Assembly (NCBI RefSeq): GCF_009914755.1
Contig: NC_060932.1
Direction: 5' to 3' (one strand)
DNA length: 64,000 nt
Source: the human T2T-CHM13v2.0 reference genome, Homo sapiens
Both the position numbers and the translations under genes were made by a program. Below, piece after piece: positions 1-13,229 of the stretch. The number at the start of each line of letters is the position of its first letter. Position 1 is the first letter of the stretch. The notes beneath the pieces were generated by a model. The model did no database searches. It was not told the origin of the DNA and worked only from the letters and a program-made list of their open reading frames with translations.

Positions 1-879
1 CCCAGCCTGTTTCTGCACTATTTAATAGATGCCCTGCTTAACATAGATTAAACTTCAAAAATCCTATATAGAGTCTATTAGCTTGATTTATCAATAAGGA
101 AATTGAGGCATGAAGATTTCAAGTAACATTGTGAAGCTCAGAGGGCCAGTATATTTTGAGCTGTGTCTAGAATGCAGGAATCCTATTTACCTTCTGGACC
201 ATGATTTATCTGAGTCTATATGCAAACCCAAGCATGACTCATTGGTTACGTGTCTCATCCATTGCATCTTCTTCATACCCACTGCCACTGAGTTACTGGC
301 TTCTCCCCTGAGTTTCCATGGAAGGCATCTGTCTGGACTCACTGCTCTGTTCTCATTGCTCTGCACTAATGTTTCCAGGAAACTCAGATTCTCACATAAG
401 CTCCTCCCATTCTCCTGGCCCATGCTTGTTTCTTTAGCCTCAACTTGCTCCACTTTTCTCCTTTCTTTCTGGTCTTGTTCTCTAGCCTCATGGAAGCACT
501 TTCCTAAATATGTACTTGCTGTTTTTTGGAGCCAGAGAATCTTGGCATCAAGAATCGTACTTAATGTATGTTAGTTGGTCTCTTTGGGTTCTATTTTTAA
601 CATCCCTGAGCTCAGTTTATTCTTGTTTAAGAAGAGGATAGCAAGAGCACCAAAATCCTGGGATTCTTGTGAGGATTGGTAAGAAACCTAGATTGTTGTG
701 TGGCTCATCATAAGTACCCCATTCACATTCAGTTGGGTTGATGTTGGTGTTAACATCATGTGCTGCTTTCCCTGGTTGGTGTAGCCTGCCATCCATCTTC
801 CCCACCCAATACACAGGCTGGCCTTTGTTCATCTTGAACACTCAGTTTGTTTCTCTAGGAAGCCTTCTCTGGGTTCCCA

Positions 880-1109
880 GACTGGGCAGCCTCACCCAGG
901 CTCTCATAGCACCTAACGATTCCTGTAGCTGAACACTGATCATCCTGCATTGCAGCTGCTCACTTATTGCTATTCTCCTCCTTTAACCTGTAAGCAACTG
1001 GGAGCTATGTCTGTTGGTCTACATGCCCCTGGAATGCAGCTTTTTGCCTGGCACATAATAGGGGATAAATCTGTGTTTTCGGTGAATGAATGAATGAATG
1101 AATGAATGA
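880..1109 (+). mobile_element. L2 LINE 3' end with (TGAA)n tail
   Basis: ctgtaagcaactggg...tgcctggcacataataggg followed by (tgaa)n at 1083-1109, the typical L2 terminus. Confidence 0.75.
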
Positions 1110-1717
1110 ACAATCAAACGTGATGATCACATCTCTCACACCTTCAAGGGATGGCAGAGGTATGGATTTATTTATGCCACTGGGTCATTCTTCCACAGTG
1201 AACATTAAAAGCTTGTTTATCTTGGGGATTGTCAATCAGATTCCATCTCTGTTTTGAATGAAGAAGAAGACAAGCAAATCATTAGAATAATGACTGAGGA
1301 AATTCAATATACGGCATTTAAAGGGCACTATCAGGAATCTGAGGCCTCAAGTCAATGCCTCTTGCAAGTGACATTAGCAAGTTTGGAGTGTCATGGCACC
1401 ATGGAAACAAATGACCCCATGAAAGTGATTTCATTTAATCTACTCATTCTATAATAGAGGGGACTGAGGCCAAGGGGAGAGGAGATGTTGTGAAAGAAGT
1501 TTTAAGAAGAACTGCCCTGGAGATTGGATTATTAGCTTTCGCCTAAATGAGAGTATTCTATAATAGTCACAGGAACGTGTGCTCCAACCACATGAAGCTC
1601 CTAAACACAGCAATGCCTGCTCTCTTTGAAGCTGTGAGCAGTCTAAGATTTCTGTCTTAATCTCCTACCAGTGAAGTTCTCTTACCATTAACCAGGATAC
1701 ATTCTCACCTTGGTCAT

Positions 1718-2306
1718 TATGCAGGAAAGGGTTAACTTCGCAGACCTGGGCTCTTCAAACCCTGCACATTCCCAGGGTATTCAGGACTAGCCCTTGGTCC
1801 AGGAAGTCCTTGGAGTATCCTGTCTGACCAGAGGCTTTGGGTCATGCCAAGTAGGTCAGGCTAACGATGGGTATTTATTGTGAATGCCATTTGTGTATGC
1901 TTGAGGCTTTGGGGCACACTGTTATCAGTCTAACATTGGGGACGGAGGATGAAGGTCTGAATAGCTGAGGTCAGTCTTAAAGTCACTGCATGCCCATGTG
2001 ACTGACTCATAATAAAACTCTGGACAGCAGGGCTCAGGTGAGGGTCCCTGGTTGACGTCAATCTGCACAGGCTGTCACACGTCATTCCTCAGAGAATCAA
2101 TCACCGCCTGCGAAACTCCACTGGGAGAAGACACCTGAAAGCTTGAGTCTGGTCTCTCCTGAACTCTTCCCTATGTGCCTTTGCTGAGTTTAGTCTGTAT
2201 CCTTTTGCTGTAATAATCTGTAACCATGAATATACAGGTTTTCTGAGTTCTGTGAGTCCTTATAGTGAATCATCAAAACTGAAGGTGTCTTGGAGACCCA
2301 GACACA
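1718..2306 (+). mobile_element. MER21-family solo LTR (MER21C-like)
   Basis: Starts gcaggaaagggttaac...caaaccctgcacattcc, contains aataaaactctggac...ggctcaggtgag, ends gtcttggagacccagacaca; matches recalled MER21 consensus. Confidence 0.8.
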
Positions 2307-2380
2307 GCCCTCTGCTCCATGTTATATGCCAGCAGAGGTGCTCTGTCAAGACAGAAAGCACATGGTCTAGACCAGCATAC

Positions 2381-2851
2381 TGATTATATCAGCTAACTTC
2401 AACTGTATAATAATCCCAAATGAATGGCCTAAAACAGTAACTATTTAGCTCATGATTCTGTATCTTTCAATTTGAGTTGGGCTTTGTCAGGCTGTCTTTC
2501 TGCTCCCTGGGCTCCTTCTATTGTCAGAGTGGCTCTGCATTGAGGGTTGGCTGGAATCCAGAAACGGCAAGGGGAGAAACTGGACTATATGCTTCTCTCC
2601 CTCCAGCAGGCCAACTCTGGCTTGTCACAGAGCAGGCAGTGGGATTCCAAGGTCAGCAGGGAAGCAAGCTCCACTATGCAGCCCTTTTCAAGCCTCTGCT
2701 GGTATTGTGTTTGCTAATATCTCACTGGTCAAAGCAAGTTACACGGCTAATTCAGGTTCAAGGAATGGAGAAATATATGGTGCAACATCACATTGTGAGG
2801 GTGTGGATACAGAAAAGGGAAGAATTTACAGTCATTTTTACTATCTACCAA
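2381..2851 (-). mobile_element. Old MaLR LTR (MLT1H-L class)
   Basis: ggcctaaaacagtaactatttagctcatgattctg at the start, cactggtcaaagcaagttacacggc internally, catttttactatctacca at the end. Confidence 0.7.
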
Positions 2852-3939
2852 ACCCTGAAGAGAAGAGTAACAGCAGGTTATGAATGGGGTGACTGAAAGC
2901 CAGCTGATTTCATCACACTTCTTTTGACAGTCCCTGCCTGGGGCACACTGTCACCAGCAGCTGGATCAGTAAAAAGACAAAAAAATACCCCCACTACTCA
3001 CCACAGATTTGCAAGCCAGTTTATTGTTATGGTCTAAAAAATAAATTGAGACAATTATATCAATACTGCTAAACCCCATCAGAAATGCCTCACACTTACT
3101 GCTTTGCAAAATTTCTTCCAAATCTGTCATATTCTTGATAGTTAGGAGCTATTATCCCTATCTGATAGATGAGAAAATTAAGGCATGGAGAGATGGTGTA
3201 GTTGCCCACCCAGATTCATACTCTTTGTCTAATTCCAACACCACTCTTCTATCACTGTGCAGTGTTGTCTTTTATTCATTATCACAGGCCCACTTTGAGA
3301 TGTGTGTTTCTGCTCCCTTTATACAGATAGAGGCAGAGGCTTACAGCAGTTCGCAGTGTAATGGCTGTACCACCCTGAGGGTCACTTCCTCTGTATAACA
3401 CTCACCAGACACGTATTATTTCATCCTGAGTGATAGTCCATAGCAAAAGCATAGAGAATGCACCAGTCACACACCCAGAGCCTGCTTTTAAGGAGTTCCA
3501 AGCCATTTAAACCATACCTTCACAGTTTTTTGGCATTTCATTTGTTCAGGTTTAAGTAGCATACAAAGATGCATAGATCTGAGCGAGAAAAATTTCTTTT
3601 CGAGTAGGTGATTCAGAATATGTGCAAACAAAAGGGATAATCTCTCAGTTTGGAGGGAGTAACAGAAAAAGAAAGAGACAAATACAACCAGCTGGTTTGA
3701 GGGCGTAATTGCAATGCTTATAACACTGGCCTCTCCCCCACAATCATGCTGGGCTCTGGGGCCATGGAAACAGACATTCAAATACCAGTTTCTGCCTCAA
3801 AGAGTCACCAAAACAGTGCACAGAGAATAATAACAGTGTGAGAAGCTGCGATGTGGGGAGCCAGGAGGGTCCTTCCGACTCTCAGAGGCAGGTGTATTGT
3901 TATTGCATGACCGGATATTGAGGGAGTTGGACCATTGCC

Positions 3940-4450
3940 CCTGACTTTCCACCTGTCTCGGTATCAGAAGGATGCAGCCATGCTCTTTGTCACGTGACCT
4001 GACCGTCTCACTGACTAGAGGGGGAAGAGTGCTGCCCCCTGCCATGAAATTGGCTGTTGGAATGTGGGGCATGGCGGTCAATCCATTTCAGCACCAGGCA
4101 TTAAGATGCACTGCAAGGTTCCATTTGCTTCTCTCATGCCCCTGCTTCTATCCTAAAATGCAGACTCAGTGGGCAGCTCCTGGCCTAAGGGCGACAGAGA
4201 CCCTGGAGCCAAGCTAAGCCTCACCACAGCATGCAGGGGAGCACGCCTGCAGACAGGTAGACCTGTGAGTGAAAAATAGAAATAGTTGCTTCTGGAGGCC
4301 ACTGAGATTTTGAGGTAGTTTATTAGGTAGAATAGAATAAAATAAAATAAAATAAAATAAAATAAAATAAAATGAAATGAAATGAAATGAAATGAAATGA
4401 AATGAAATGAAATGAAATAAAATGAAATAAAATAAAATAAAAAGCTAATA
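3940..4450 (+). mobile_element. Old MaLR LTR (MLT1 class), 3' end interrupted by a pentanucleotide repeat
   Basis: gacctgtgagtgaaaaata...gccactgagattttgaggtagtttatta, then agctaata resumes after the repeat. Confidence 0.6.
4331..4440. repeat. Compound microsatellite AATAG (AATAA)7 (AATGA)9 AATAA AATGA (AATAA)3
   Basis: Read and counted directly from the sequence. Confidence 0.98.
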
Positions 4451-4899
4451 AGAGTGCAGACTCTGCTGGCCAGACCAGAAGACCCCCACTCTGTTCCTTT
4501 ATGTCAAGGCTTGTGTCTCCTTAGACCTGGTTCCTCCAGAGGGCAAGTTTGCTTCTAGGTTTGGGTCCTGGTTCACCCCATTCTGGTGCTAGTAGCTGAT
4601 CAGTTCTAGGCTTTTGGTAGGCCCTGGGGGGCCCAGGTAGTTCCACTCTCATGTTTAATTTGGTGCTGGGGTGAGAGTGGTCTAAAATGTACCTGTCATG
4701 TCATCTATTATATATTGACACTTTACACAATCCATATCATCACCCTCATAACCACCCGGAAGGGTAGGTATTATTAGCAAGTTGCATGATAAAAGCAGAC
4801 TGTTGTAGGGTGGCGAATTCTTCTCCATGCCCTGTTTTGAACCAAATGAAAATAAAACAGAAATAGACAGCAGATGAAGAGCCACAGCATGGCCTTACA

Positions 4900-7310
4900 A
4901 CTGCCAAGGCTGACACTAGAGAAGGTGACTTCTTTCTGTGGGCACCTGGGGGACTTCAGAGTACTGATCCCCAGAAAAAGAAAGAGCTACTCAACCAGCC
5001 CAGGCCACTGGAGCTGACAACATCCCCTAACCCTGGCCAGCATGGGGCTGCCGCTGTCTGACAAGGTGGGGGAGCTGCCAGGTGTTTGTAGAGGGTCCAT
5101 GCTGAGAGGAGCCTGGGTATGTGCCTGAGAGTGGACCTCAGGCTGCTTAGGCAAGGAGACAGAACATAAAGTAGTATAAGGGAAAGTATCAATATCGGTG
5201 CCCGCCCCTGGGAGGCAGGATTTAATACCATAGCAAACTCCCTGGGAGACGCTGCTAAAATGCTGCAGGGATGCCTCCTAAAAGCAGAGAGAAAGTGATG
5301 CCCACACTGAGCAAAATAGAGAAGCCAGCACTGCCTTGGAGATGGAGGGGGAGGGGGAGTTCATGACTAAGGGAGTTGGGAGGAGCCGTCAAGAGGCTCT
5401 GCCACATGGAAGGGCTTGCATGGGCCTCAGGTCGGCAAAGCAATGAGGTCCAAACTGCAGGAGTGGCACTCTACAGTCAGGGTGCACCTCCCACGGTGTT
5501 CTCTCTGGGCTGCGGCTGATGGGCAGAGATGCTCTCATGGTAGGATCCTGAAATAACAGTCTAGGTGGTAGCCCACAGCTAACAGAAGCATGGTGGGTGC
5601 TGGACCCTAGGTCAGGGAGGCAAAGGAGCATGGAACTCTACCCAGCACTAGGGCCAGGACTAGACCAAGGCAAGAGAGGAGCTCAGGGTGCAAAATGTAA
5701 GGAGGCTCTCACCTCAGGGCCTGACTCTGTCCCCATGGCCCTGGGAGGGAGTTCCTCCTTATGGTTTGTACCCTGGGCCCCTTTCTTGCCTTACCCTAGT
5801 CCCAGCCCTGGTGGTCAGCAGGGAACGATGGATATGGAAGATAGAGCACAGCATCCTGGGATCAAGATTGGAGCCTTGGGTCCACATGACGGTCTTTCCC
5901 CCTTTGTCTGAATGTATAATTGGAATGAACTCATGTGGTAGGTGGCACCCACTGCCACTGCGTTCTTGGCCTGTGGGGTAAGAGCTGTCATAGCAGCAGG
6001 GGCCAGGTGGAAGCTGCTGAAATGGGTCCCCACCCTGAGCCAAGAAAGCAAACAAAACAAACAACCCAGGGGTTGGCAGATGTCAGGGCCCCCTTAAAGG
6101 ATACAGGGAACAGTCCCCATCATATCCCCACTTCATGCACCAGTATTGCTCCAGGAAAAGGTCCAGGAGGGTGAGAGTAAACCATGACATACTCACCTCA
6201 CTTGCAGCTGCTGTGCAGGACACAGAATCTCTATTAGAGTAGATTTACACAGATAGGATGTCACCATTAGACAAATGGTTCCCGTTTCATCCCTATGAGA
6301 AAGAAGAACCCAAAAGCCTTCAGTTGGAACTGACATCTCCAGGTATGCATTTCCAGTCTTCCCCAGGCCTTGACACCTCCCACTGTCCTAAGATAGTCCA
6401 GGGAACATGGTCCACCCAGATATTCTGCAGATCATCATGTTGCTCCACTCCAAGATGAGTTGCACTCCATGTGAATTGCATGAGCCGAGCAGGAAGTGGC
6501 AAGTACACTAAAGGCCGTGGCAGACACATGTGCTCCAGCAGCAAGGAGATAAACCTCATGAAGATTCAAGAGCCTTACATCAGTGAAGTTGCCTTGGACA
6601 TGATAGGATTCCCCTCCAAAGTAAAATTCTGGCACCTCCTATTACTAAGAAGGAAGTACAACACCTGAGCGGCTCCCTGTGCCAGCAGCACATTTCACAC
6701 CTGGAACTAACTGCTTCAACCTATATACCAGGTGACACAGCAGCCAGCCAGCCTGGAGTGGGGTCAGAGCAGGAAGGGGCTCACCAGCAGATATGGGCTG
6801 AAGTGCAGGTGCCATGGGCTATGTGAACTGGCAGACCCTGTTGTGACAGAGGCAACTGCAGTGGGGAGAGACACTATGTAGAGTGTGTGGAAAGTCCCTA
6901 GAGAAATTACAATAAAGGCCCTTGGGTCCGCAATGGAGTGTCATGCCATCTCTAGTGGAGAACCACATATCTTTCAAAACATAGTCCCTGGCATGAAATT
7001 GGGCTTTGGTAGAGACGCCTATCTATGGGACATGAAGTAATGATACTCCCAGAACAGACCATCATGAAACTCATCAAGTTGTAAAGTTGGGCGGGAGATA
7101 CTCCATGAGGGAATGGGCATGAGCAGCACTGAAGGCATTAGCCCATAACCCAAGCAGGCAGCCCAGCCACCCCCTTGCCCCAACTATCCCCCACTAATGC
7201 CTGTTCCTCAGCTCACACATGCAACAACACCCTAGCTCCTTCTGACCAGCTGACAGAGGTGGAAATGGCCAAGCGTGGTTTATGAATGGGTTGGCTTAAT
7301 ATGTGGGTAC
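4900..7310 (+). mobile_element. ERVL-class internal relic (gag to pol RT/RNase H), no intact ORF
   Basis: gag-like caggatttaatacc...gatgcccacactgagcaaaatagag; pol-like gaagattcaagagcc, cccctccaaagtaaa, ctggagtggggtcagagcaggaagg, tgggctttggtagagac. Confidence 0.75.
5649..5810. mobile_element. MER96 palindromic hAT MITE inserted in the ERVL relic
   Basis: agggccaggactag...gcaaaatgtaaggagg and cctccttatggtttgtacc...ctagtcccagccctg form imperfect inverted arms. Confidence 0.8.
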
Positions 7311-7989
7311 ACATCAATAATGGGGTGATATATAAATTGAAAATAGTAATGCCATTTAACTCCTGAGGTGGTTGTGAAGATCTATTATGATAATGTGTGT
7401 CAAGTACTGACACATTCATAAATGTGAGATACTGTTATTGATGTTGATGTTGTTAGCATCACCATCATGACAAGGGAAAGCTGGTGGTAAGCAGACGGTG
7501 CTACCCACACTCACCTTTCTTGACCTTCTCCCATATCTCAGCTCTGATCTCTGTTTCCTGACCCGCTCCCTCCTGGTTGCCACCTGGAGCGCAGGTGATT
7601 TACTGAGCTTGAGCAGCACACTTAGAATATCAGCTCTTGGTAGACACAGCCCTCTCACCTGGTGTCAGCTCCTCCAAATGCTGCCCGAAGCCAACTGAAA
7701 GAATAATTAAGCAGCCATTTGGATACTAATTATGGAGCCTTGGCAAACATAGGGGAGAGTGGAAATCTCTTTGGCTTGAGTTTGTGCACCTGTGTCCAGC
7801 AGGAGATGCATACACATGTGCGTACACACACACCTGCTCACAGCATTCCAGAGGGCAAAAACAGAACACACATGAACTCATCCCCACAGGCAGAGAAGAC
7901 CAGTGGGGTCCGTGGGAGATTTGCTGGCCTCAAAGCTAACCCGTCTTGGCAGAAGCTCATTTCCTAGCCTCTAGGACAGGAAATACATA

Positions 7990-8340
7990 GTCCCACTCAA
8001 AAACTGGCAGCCTGGAGATCAAACTGGCCTCGAAGATTAGGACTCATGTGTCCTGGATATTAAAAAATAAATTGATTTAGTGGCCAATATTCAATGATGA
8101 AAAGACTTCTCATAAGAATCCAGATTTCAAGGTTGTCTTCAGAAGCAAGGCACTCTGGCAGCACTCTCTGTATCTTCCTACTGGCCCACCCTAGGCTGCA
8201 GCCACTGCCCCTTGTGGAAGGGGCACTCTTCATTTGTCATAGCCCCCCCAAACCATGAGTGTCACTTGGTATTTAAGGCCTCTATTCAGGGCTTCTTCTC
8301 TCACATTTATGAAGCAACTAACACTTCTATATATTTGAAC
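7990..8340 (+). mobile_element. hAT-Charlie DNA transposon relic (MER113-like)
   Basis: aaactggcagcc...ttagtggccaatatt...cataagaatccagatttc...ctggcagcact...gagtgtcacttgg. Confidence 0.55.
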
Positions 8341-8715
8341 TTGTAACTTGTACTTGAAAACAATTCCCTTTCTTAATAGGTAAGGAAATCAAAGCTCAGA
8401 AATCGGAAGTGAGCTGGGAGTAGGCATGCATGACCCACAGGCATGGAAAATTCCCTTTTCACAAATTCTTCTTTTCCTTCAAGATCCATTTCCATGTCTA
8501 CACGATGCCTCCAAAACCATTTCATTGTACAGCATTCTTTTCCTCATCTAAACGTTAAAACCACCGTGGCCTCTATTCACATTTGCTAATGACTCATCTG
8601 CTGGCTTTAGTATTTCTGTGAGTGCTGATGTCTGCATGTGTGACACTGAGTTGGCCTAGGAAGAGAGAATGATATAAATTAAATGTTGTCCAATTCTTAA
8701 AGCAGGTGGGCTGTT

Positions 8716-8840
8716 GTAATAGAAAGAATTCAGTCTTTAGCATGGGACCTGGCTTCAAATCCTGACTTCACCACTAACTGGCCTTGGGACATTGAGAAAG
8801 TTACTTAATGTCTCCTAACTTCCATTTTCTCGCATTTAAA
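8716..8840 (+). mobile_element. MIR SINE
   Basis: gacctggcttcaaatcctgacttcaccactaact...aagttacttaa core. Confidence 0.75.
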
Positions 8841-9054
8841 GGGGAGGCCATAATTTCCATTCAGCATGGTTCTTGCCAAAGTAAATGAAAGAAAATTTGG
8901 GAAAATGATCTATACAGTCTCTGCTATGTGAAAAGGTACATTCCCTCCCTTGTGATAATTCAGAGAGTGGTGAAGAAGAAAATCTAGAGAACAAATGATA
9001 AAGGTGCAAGGGAGGGAACAGCCAAGGCCTGAAGAGAAAATCCACAAAATTCAT

Positions 9055-9290
9055 CATGATTTATGGAGCACCTGATATGTGCAAAGCATCAGAAAGGTTT
9101 TGATATATGTGATCTCACTTAACATCCTGGCTACCCCTGGCCTGGCTAAGGCTTTGCTGTATCCATTTTTCAAATGAGAAGACTGAGGATCCCAGAAGTT
9201 AAGGGAGTTGCCCAACATCAAGAATTCCCAAGTAGGAGAATCAGGTTTGACCGCATATCTGGGTGCCCTACCTGGGAGCCTTCCCATAGT
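9055..9290 (-). mobile_element. MIR SINE
   Basis: atccatttttcaaatgagaagactgaggatcccagaagttaagggagttgcccaacatca. Confidence 0.75.
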
Positions 9291-10611
9291 ACCTCACTGC
9301 CTCCATGGAGACGTGTGGGGATGCTGAAGGCTGATCCATCGCCCAGGAGACCCAAAATTCCTAGAGCTGGCAGTGGCTCTGAGTCACCATGGGCTGAGGG
9401 CACAGAAATTGTAAGTCCAGGCCAGGACTCTGTGGAGACCTTGTGATGTTCCCCAGAAGGTCAGGGCAGGCGATCTTGGATTCTTCCAACTCACCCTCGA
9501 CCTGGGTCTCACTTCTCCAGTGTGGTCTCTCAGGTTGCAGCACATCCATAAGAAGAGAGGACCTTGAGGCTCTGAGATCAAAGCTCACTTCCCACTGAAG
9601 GCCATGCCCTGGGGCCGCTGAGGTTAGGAAGGCTGAAGAGCAGAAGATGGGATCAGGGTCAGGATTCAGAGGCCTGTGGGCAACTGTCCTCCAGCCAGGA
9701 AGATGGAGGGGCTTCTTGGGGCATCTTTCCCATCCTTTAGTCACCCTCTCACTGTGAGATCTCTCTCTTTCTCTCCTTTTTCATCTTCAGGAAAGTGATC
9801 CCTCAACATGCTTGGAATCCAAAGCAACTTCCTTTCTGTGCCCATCCCACAAGGGGTGATAGGGAATCAGGAAGACTCTGACACTATCCCTGACCTCAAG
9901 TGTCTCCTCTTTCAGAGTATAAGACAGGCAGGTAAGCAGGTGAGTGGTGAACTTTACTGATGGTGTTGGGCCACTGGAAGCATGTGGCCTCAAGTGGGCC
10001 CACAGGTGAGAGGCCAGTGTTGAACGAATGGAGAGAACAAGGCCAATAGAGCTTCACAGAGATGTTGTGAAGATAAAGAGATGGCCCAAGTGGACTTAAC
10101 ATCCAACACAGAGTGCTCAAGAAGAGGTAGAGAATGATGATGATGATGATGATGGACCCAGGTTACTAAATTGATTGGAAAAATGGAGCTCGTGGAAATA
10201 AAGAGTAGGGAAATAACCACTATGATGTGAGGAACGGGATTGTCTGTAACTACAATAGCACACGATGCTTACTCTGTTGCCTGGACCATGGTGTGGCTAG
10301 GACCCTAGGCCCTCGTCCAGGTGGGAGAGGCTGCACTAGGCTCAGCTTCTCAAAGGACTATTGGTTTTGCCAAGCTCCTCATGCCCTCAGGCCTGCAGCA
10401 GTCGGCAGCTGGTATTCCTTGGCAACTCTGAAAACATGTACCCAAAGCCAGACTCCCTGGCACCAAAGCAGGTTTTTGACCATTCACTGATAGAGCAGCT
10501 CTTGCTCTTGTCCTGTCAGAAGTCAGAATGTCAAGGCCAAGTCCCTCCATGGATGCACTGATGCTGACCCTGGTGCATAGTGTGTGGCCCACCAAGTCTG
10601 GGCCCACATCT

Positions 10612-11215
10612 TGTTAGAAGATAAGTTTAGGGCCATGAGGACACAAAGGCATAATAATGATGCCATGAACTTTGGGAACTCTGGGGGAAGCAGGGATGGG
10701 GGTGAGGGATAAAAGACTATTTGTTGGATACAGTGTACACTGCTCAGAAAATGGGTGCACCAAAATCTCAGAAATTACCACTACATAACTTATCCATGTA
10801 AAAAAACCACCTGTTCCCCAAAAACTATTAAAATAAAAAATTTTTAATAATAAAAGAAGATAAGCTTAGGCACATTACATTTTTAATGCATTTATTTCAG
10901 CATTCAGTGACTCATGAATCTGGTAGTACCAGATCACAAATTGTTCAGCATCCCATCAAGGGGGTTACAGGGAAGAACTTTTATAAGGTGTTAATGGAAG
11001 CAAGACAAAGAAAATATGTGATTGGTTACTGTAGAAAGCCCATAGTTAGAGGTTAGTTATCAGGTTCTGATGCGTAAAGTCTCTAGTTACAGGTTGGTTG
11101 GTGATTTCTGATTGGTTAAGTTGAGGTTTACAACTGAGTTGAGTTTCGTTTGCTTGTGTGGGAAGACACCAGGGCCATCTCAGCTTACTGGACCCTGCAG
11201 TTCATCATTTTAACC
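10612..11215 (-). mobile_element. MER93-type ERV1 solo LTR, split by an L1PB
   Basis: tgttagaagataagcttaggcacatt...tgattggtt boxes...cattttaac; homologous to the copy at 29776-30396. Confidence 0.75.
10632..10854 (+). mobile_element. L1PB 3' end, 5'-truncated
   Basis: gggataaaagact...tacagtgtacactgctc...gggtgcaccaaaatctcagaaat; 16-bp TSD agaagataag(t/c)ttagg at 10616-10631 and 10855-10870. Confidence 0.9.
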
Positions 11216-11569
11216 GGCTGACAGGAGGATGGAGGGGTCCCTGCCTTCCCCATACTTACTAACTCTTGCTATTTGTCTCTCTACTTCCAAATGAAGCCTG
11301 TTCCTTCACCTAAACCATATGATGTTGTAGAATTTGTCTCAAGCCCTGCTATGTGAGTAGTGATCACCCTAGGAGAGCAACATGGCATGAAACCATCTTC
11401 TTACCTCTATCCTTGAGGCTGAATGGGCAACAAAGCAATTCACTCTCTCATTCAACAAGTTGAATTCATACCACCACCCCAGGAGAGGTAGGTTCTATAA
11501 TAATGCCTACGCCATGGAAGAGGAAGCAGGGGAAAGCCTACACGCCCAAGCTCACCTGTCAGATCAGAG

Positions 11570-11990
11570 GTGAGGACACTGAAAAAAGAGGAAGGAACAA
11601 GACAGACATGGCTCCTGCCCTCTGGTGCTGACTGGAGGCTCCTGGAGGGGATAGACATCAAACATACACAAATCCCTATGTCCCTGTAAAGGATCTTTGT
11701 GCCAAGAGGAAGCAGATATGGGTGTGACCAGAGGGAATAATGGGGCAGGCGTTTTTGGGTTAGGTGACCATGGCAAGATGTCTTCCATGAAGTGAGATTG
11801 GAGTGAGGCCTGAAATTTGAGCAGAAGTCAGGATTTCAAAGGGTCCAGCCAGAGTCATCCAAGCAGAAGGACTGACATGGGCCAAGTCCTGAATGCAGGG
11901 CTGGAGCCCAGGTGGGGGAAGAAAGTACAGGAGATGAGGAGAATGGGGTGAGAAGTAGGAACAGGAAGTAGAACAGGTCAGCCCTGGCTT
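11570..11990 (-). mobile_element. L2 fragment
   Basis: aacaagacagacatggctcctgccctc, followed by purine-rich antisense L2 body. Confidence 0.6.
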
Positions 11991-13229
11991 CCGGCGCCTA
12001 CTAGGACTTTTGGGTTGAGAGACTGATGAGGAGGAATTTGGAGAAGCTGGGTTCTCGTCACAGATCAGAGGCTACAAAAGTGCAGTGCACCAGTGCTTGA
12101 AAGAGCAGAATCCTTCAGCTGGGGCCAGGGCAGGCAGGAGTTCAGGAGGGGAGAGTCACTGCTATACCTAAGCATATGTCCCTGGGGCTCTAGAGGCTTT
12201 CTCTGCAGATGTGCAAACTCTAGGGGATGGCACAGAAGAGAATAAGAATACCCTTCTTTTCTTTCCCATTCTCCCTGTGGAATTTATGGGGTTTGAAACA
12301 CTGTCCTAGCAGGGATACAGGAGAAGCCGTGAGAAATCTGATGCCACTAACCTAATTATGGCATGATTGATTTGACAGCTATGTCCCAACTCAGCTGGGG
12401 TCCCTGTTCCTCTTCTTTAGAAGACAATAAATTCCTCTGAAGTAAATCTGTTTCCCTGGGGAGACCCTGGGGTAACAACAATGTTAGACAGGAGTCTTTG
12501 CTAAGCCAAAATTCAGAGGAAGACTGAGACTCCTTTTCATTTCAGGTTTGAAAAATAAATGATTCTTATTTATTTCTGCCAGGCCACTGGGGGAGAACTT
12601 GGAAAATGTATACATGCAGACAATAGGCTTGGTATCAAAGGGGGACTTCTGTGCCCAGCTGTGAAAAACAATTGGAGAATTCCAGATGCTGGGCTCTGTT
12701 TATCCTTTCATCGTGATGGATAATCACTGTTTCCCTAAGAAAGTCTGTGTGTCATAATCAGATTTGACTTTGCAAATGTTGCATTTTCCCTGAGAGAACA
12801 TGCAAATGGTTGCCTTTTTGTGGGAAAGATTAACCCCAATTCTGCTTCCTGCAAAAAGTACGTGAAATTTCACTGGAGACATTGAAACCTTAGGACAGAA
12901 TTCCAGAGAGCAAGAGGCATAGGGACTTTAACCTCCACCCTCCAGAGTCCCTTTCTCAACTCCTACCTGCTCAGTGCTAGGGCCTTCTTCAGGCACATTC
13001 CACAGGGGATGGATGATCACTACTCTTCCTCTAGGACCACTGTCTTCCTGAACAACTGCACCTGCCAGAGATTGTCTTTTGTGAGTGGATAGCTGCTCAT
13101 CCCAGTTCCACCCCATGCCCTTCTCCTCGCCTCCAAAGGGCTGCCTGCTTACACACTTCTACGGACAGCCCTTTTGTGTATAGCAAGGGACCCTCCAACT
13201 CTCACTACTCTCCCTAGGGAAAATAACAT

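Noticed and set aside
4331-4440. Human satellite II/III
   Set aside because: The unit is GAAAT/AAAAT, not GGAAT, and the tract is only 110 bp
10134-10154. Poly-His ORF segment
   Set aside because: Just a short (GAT)n microsatellite
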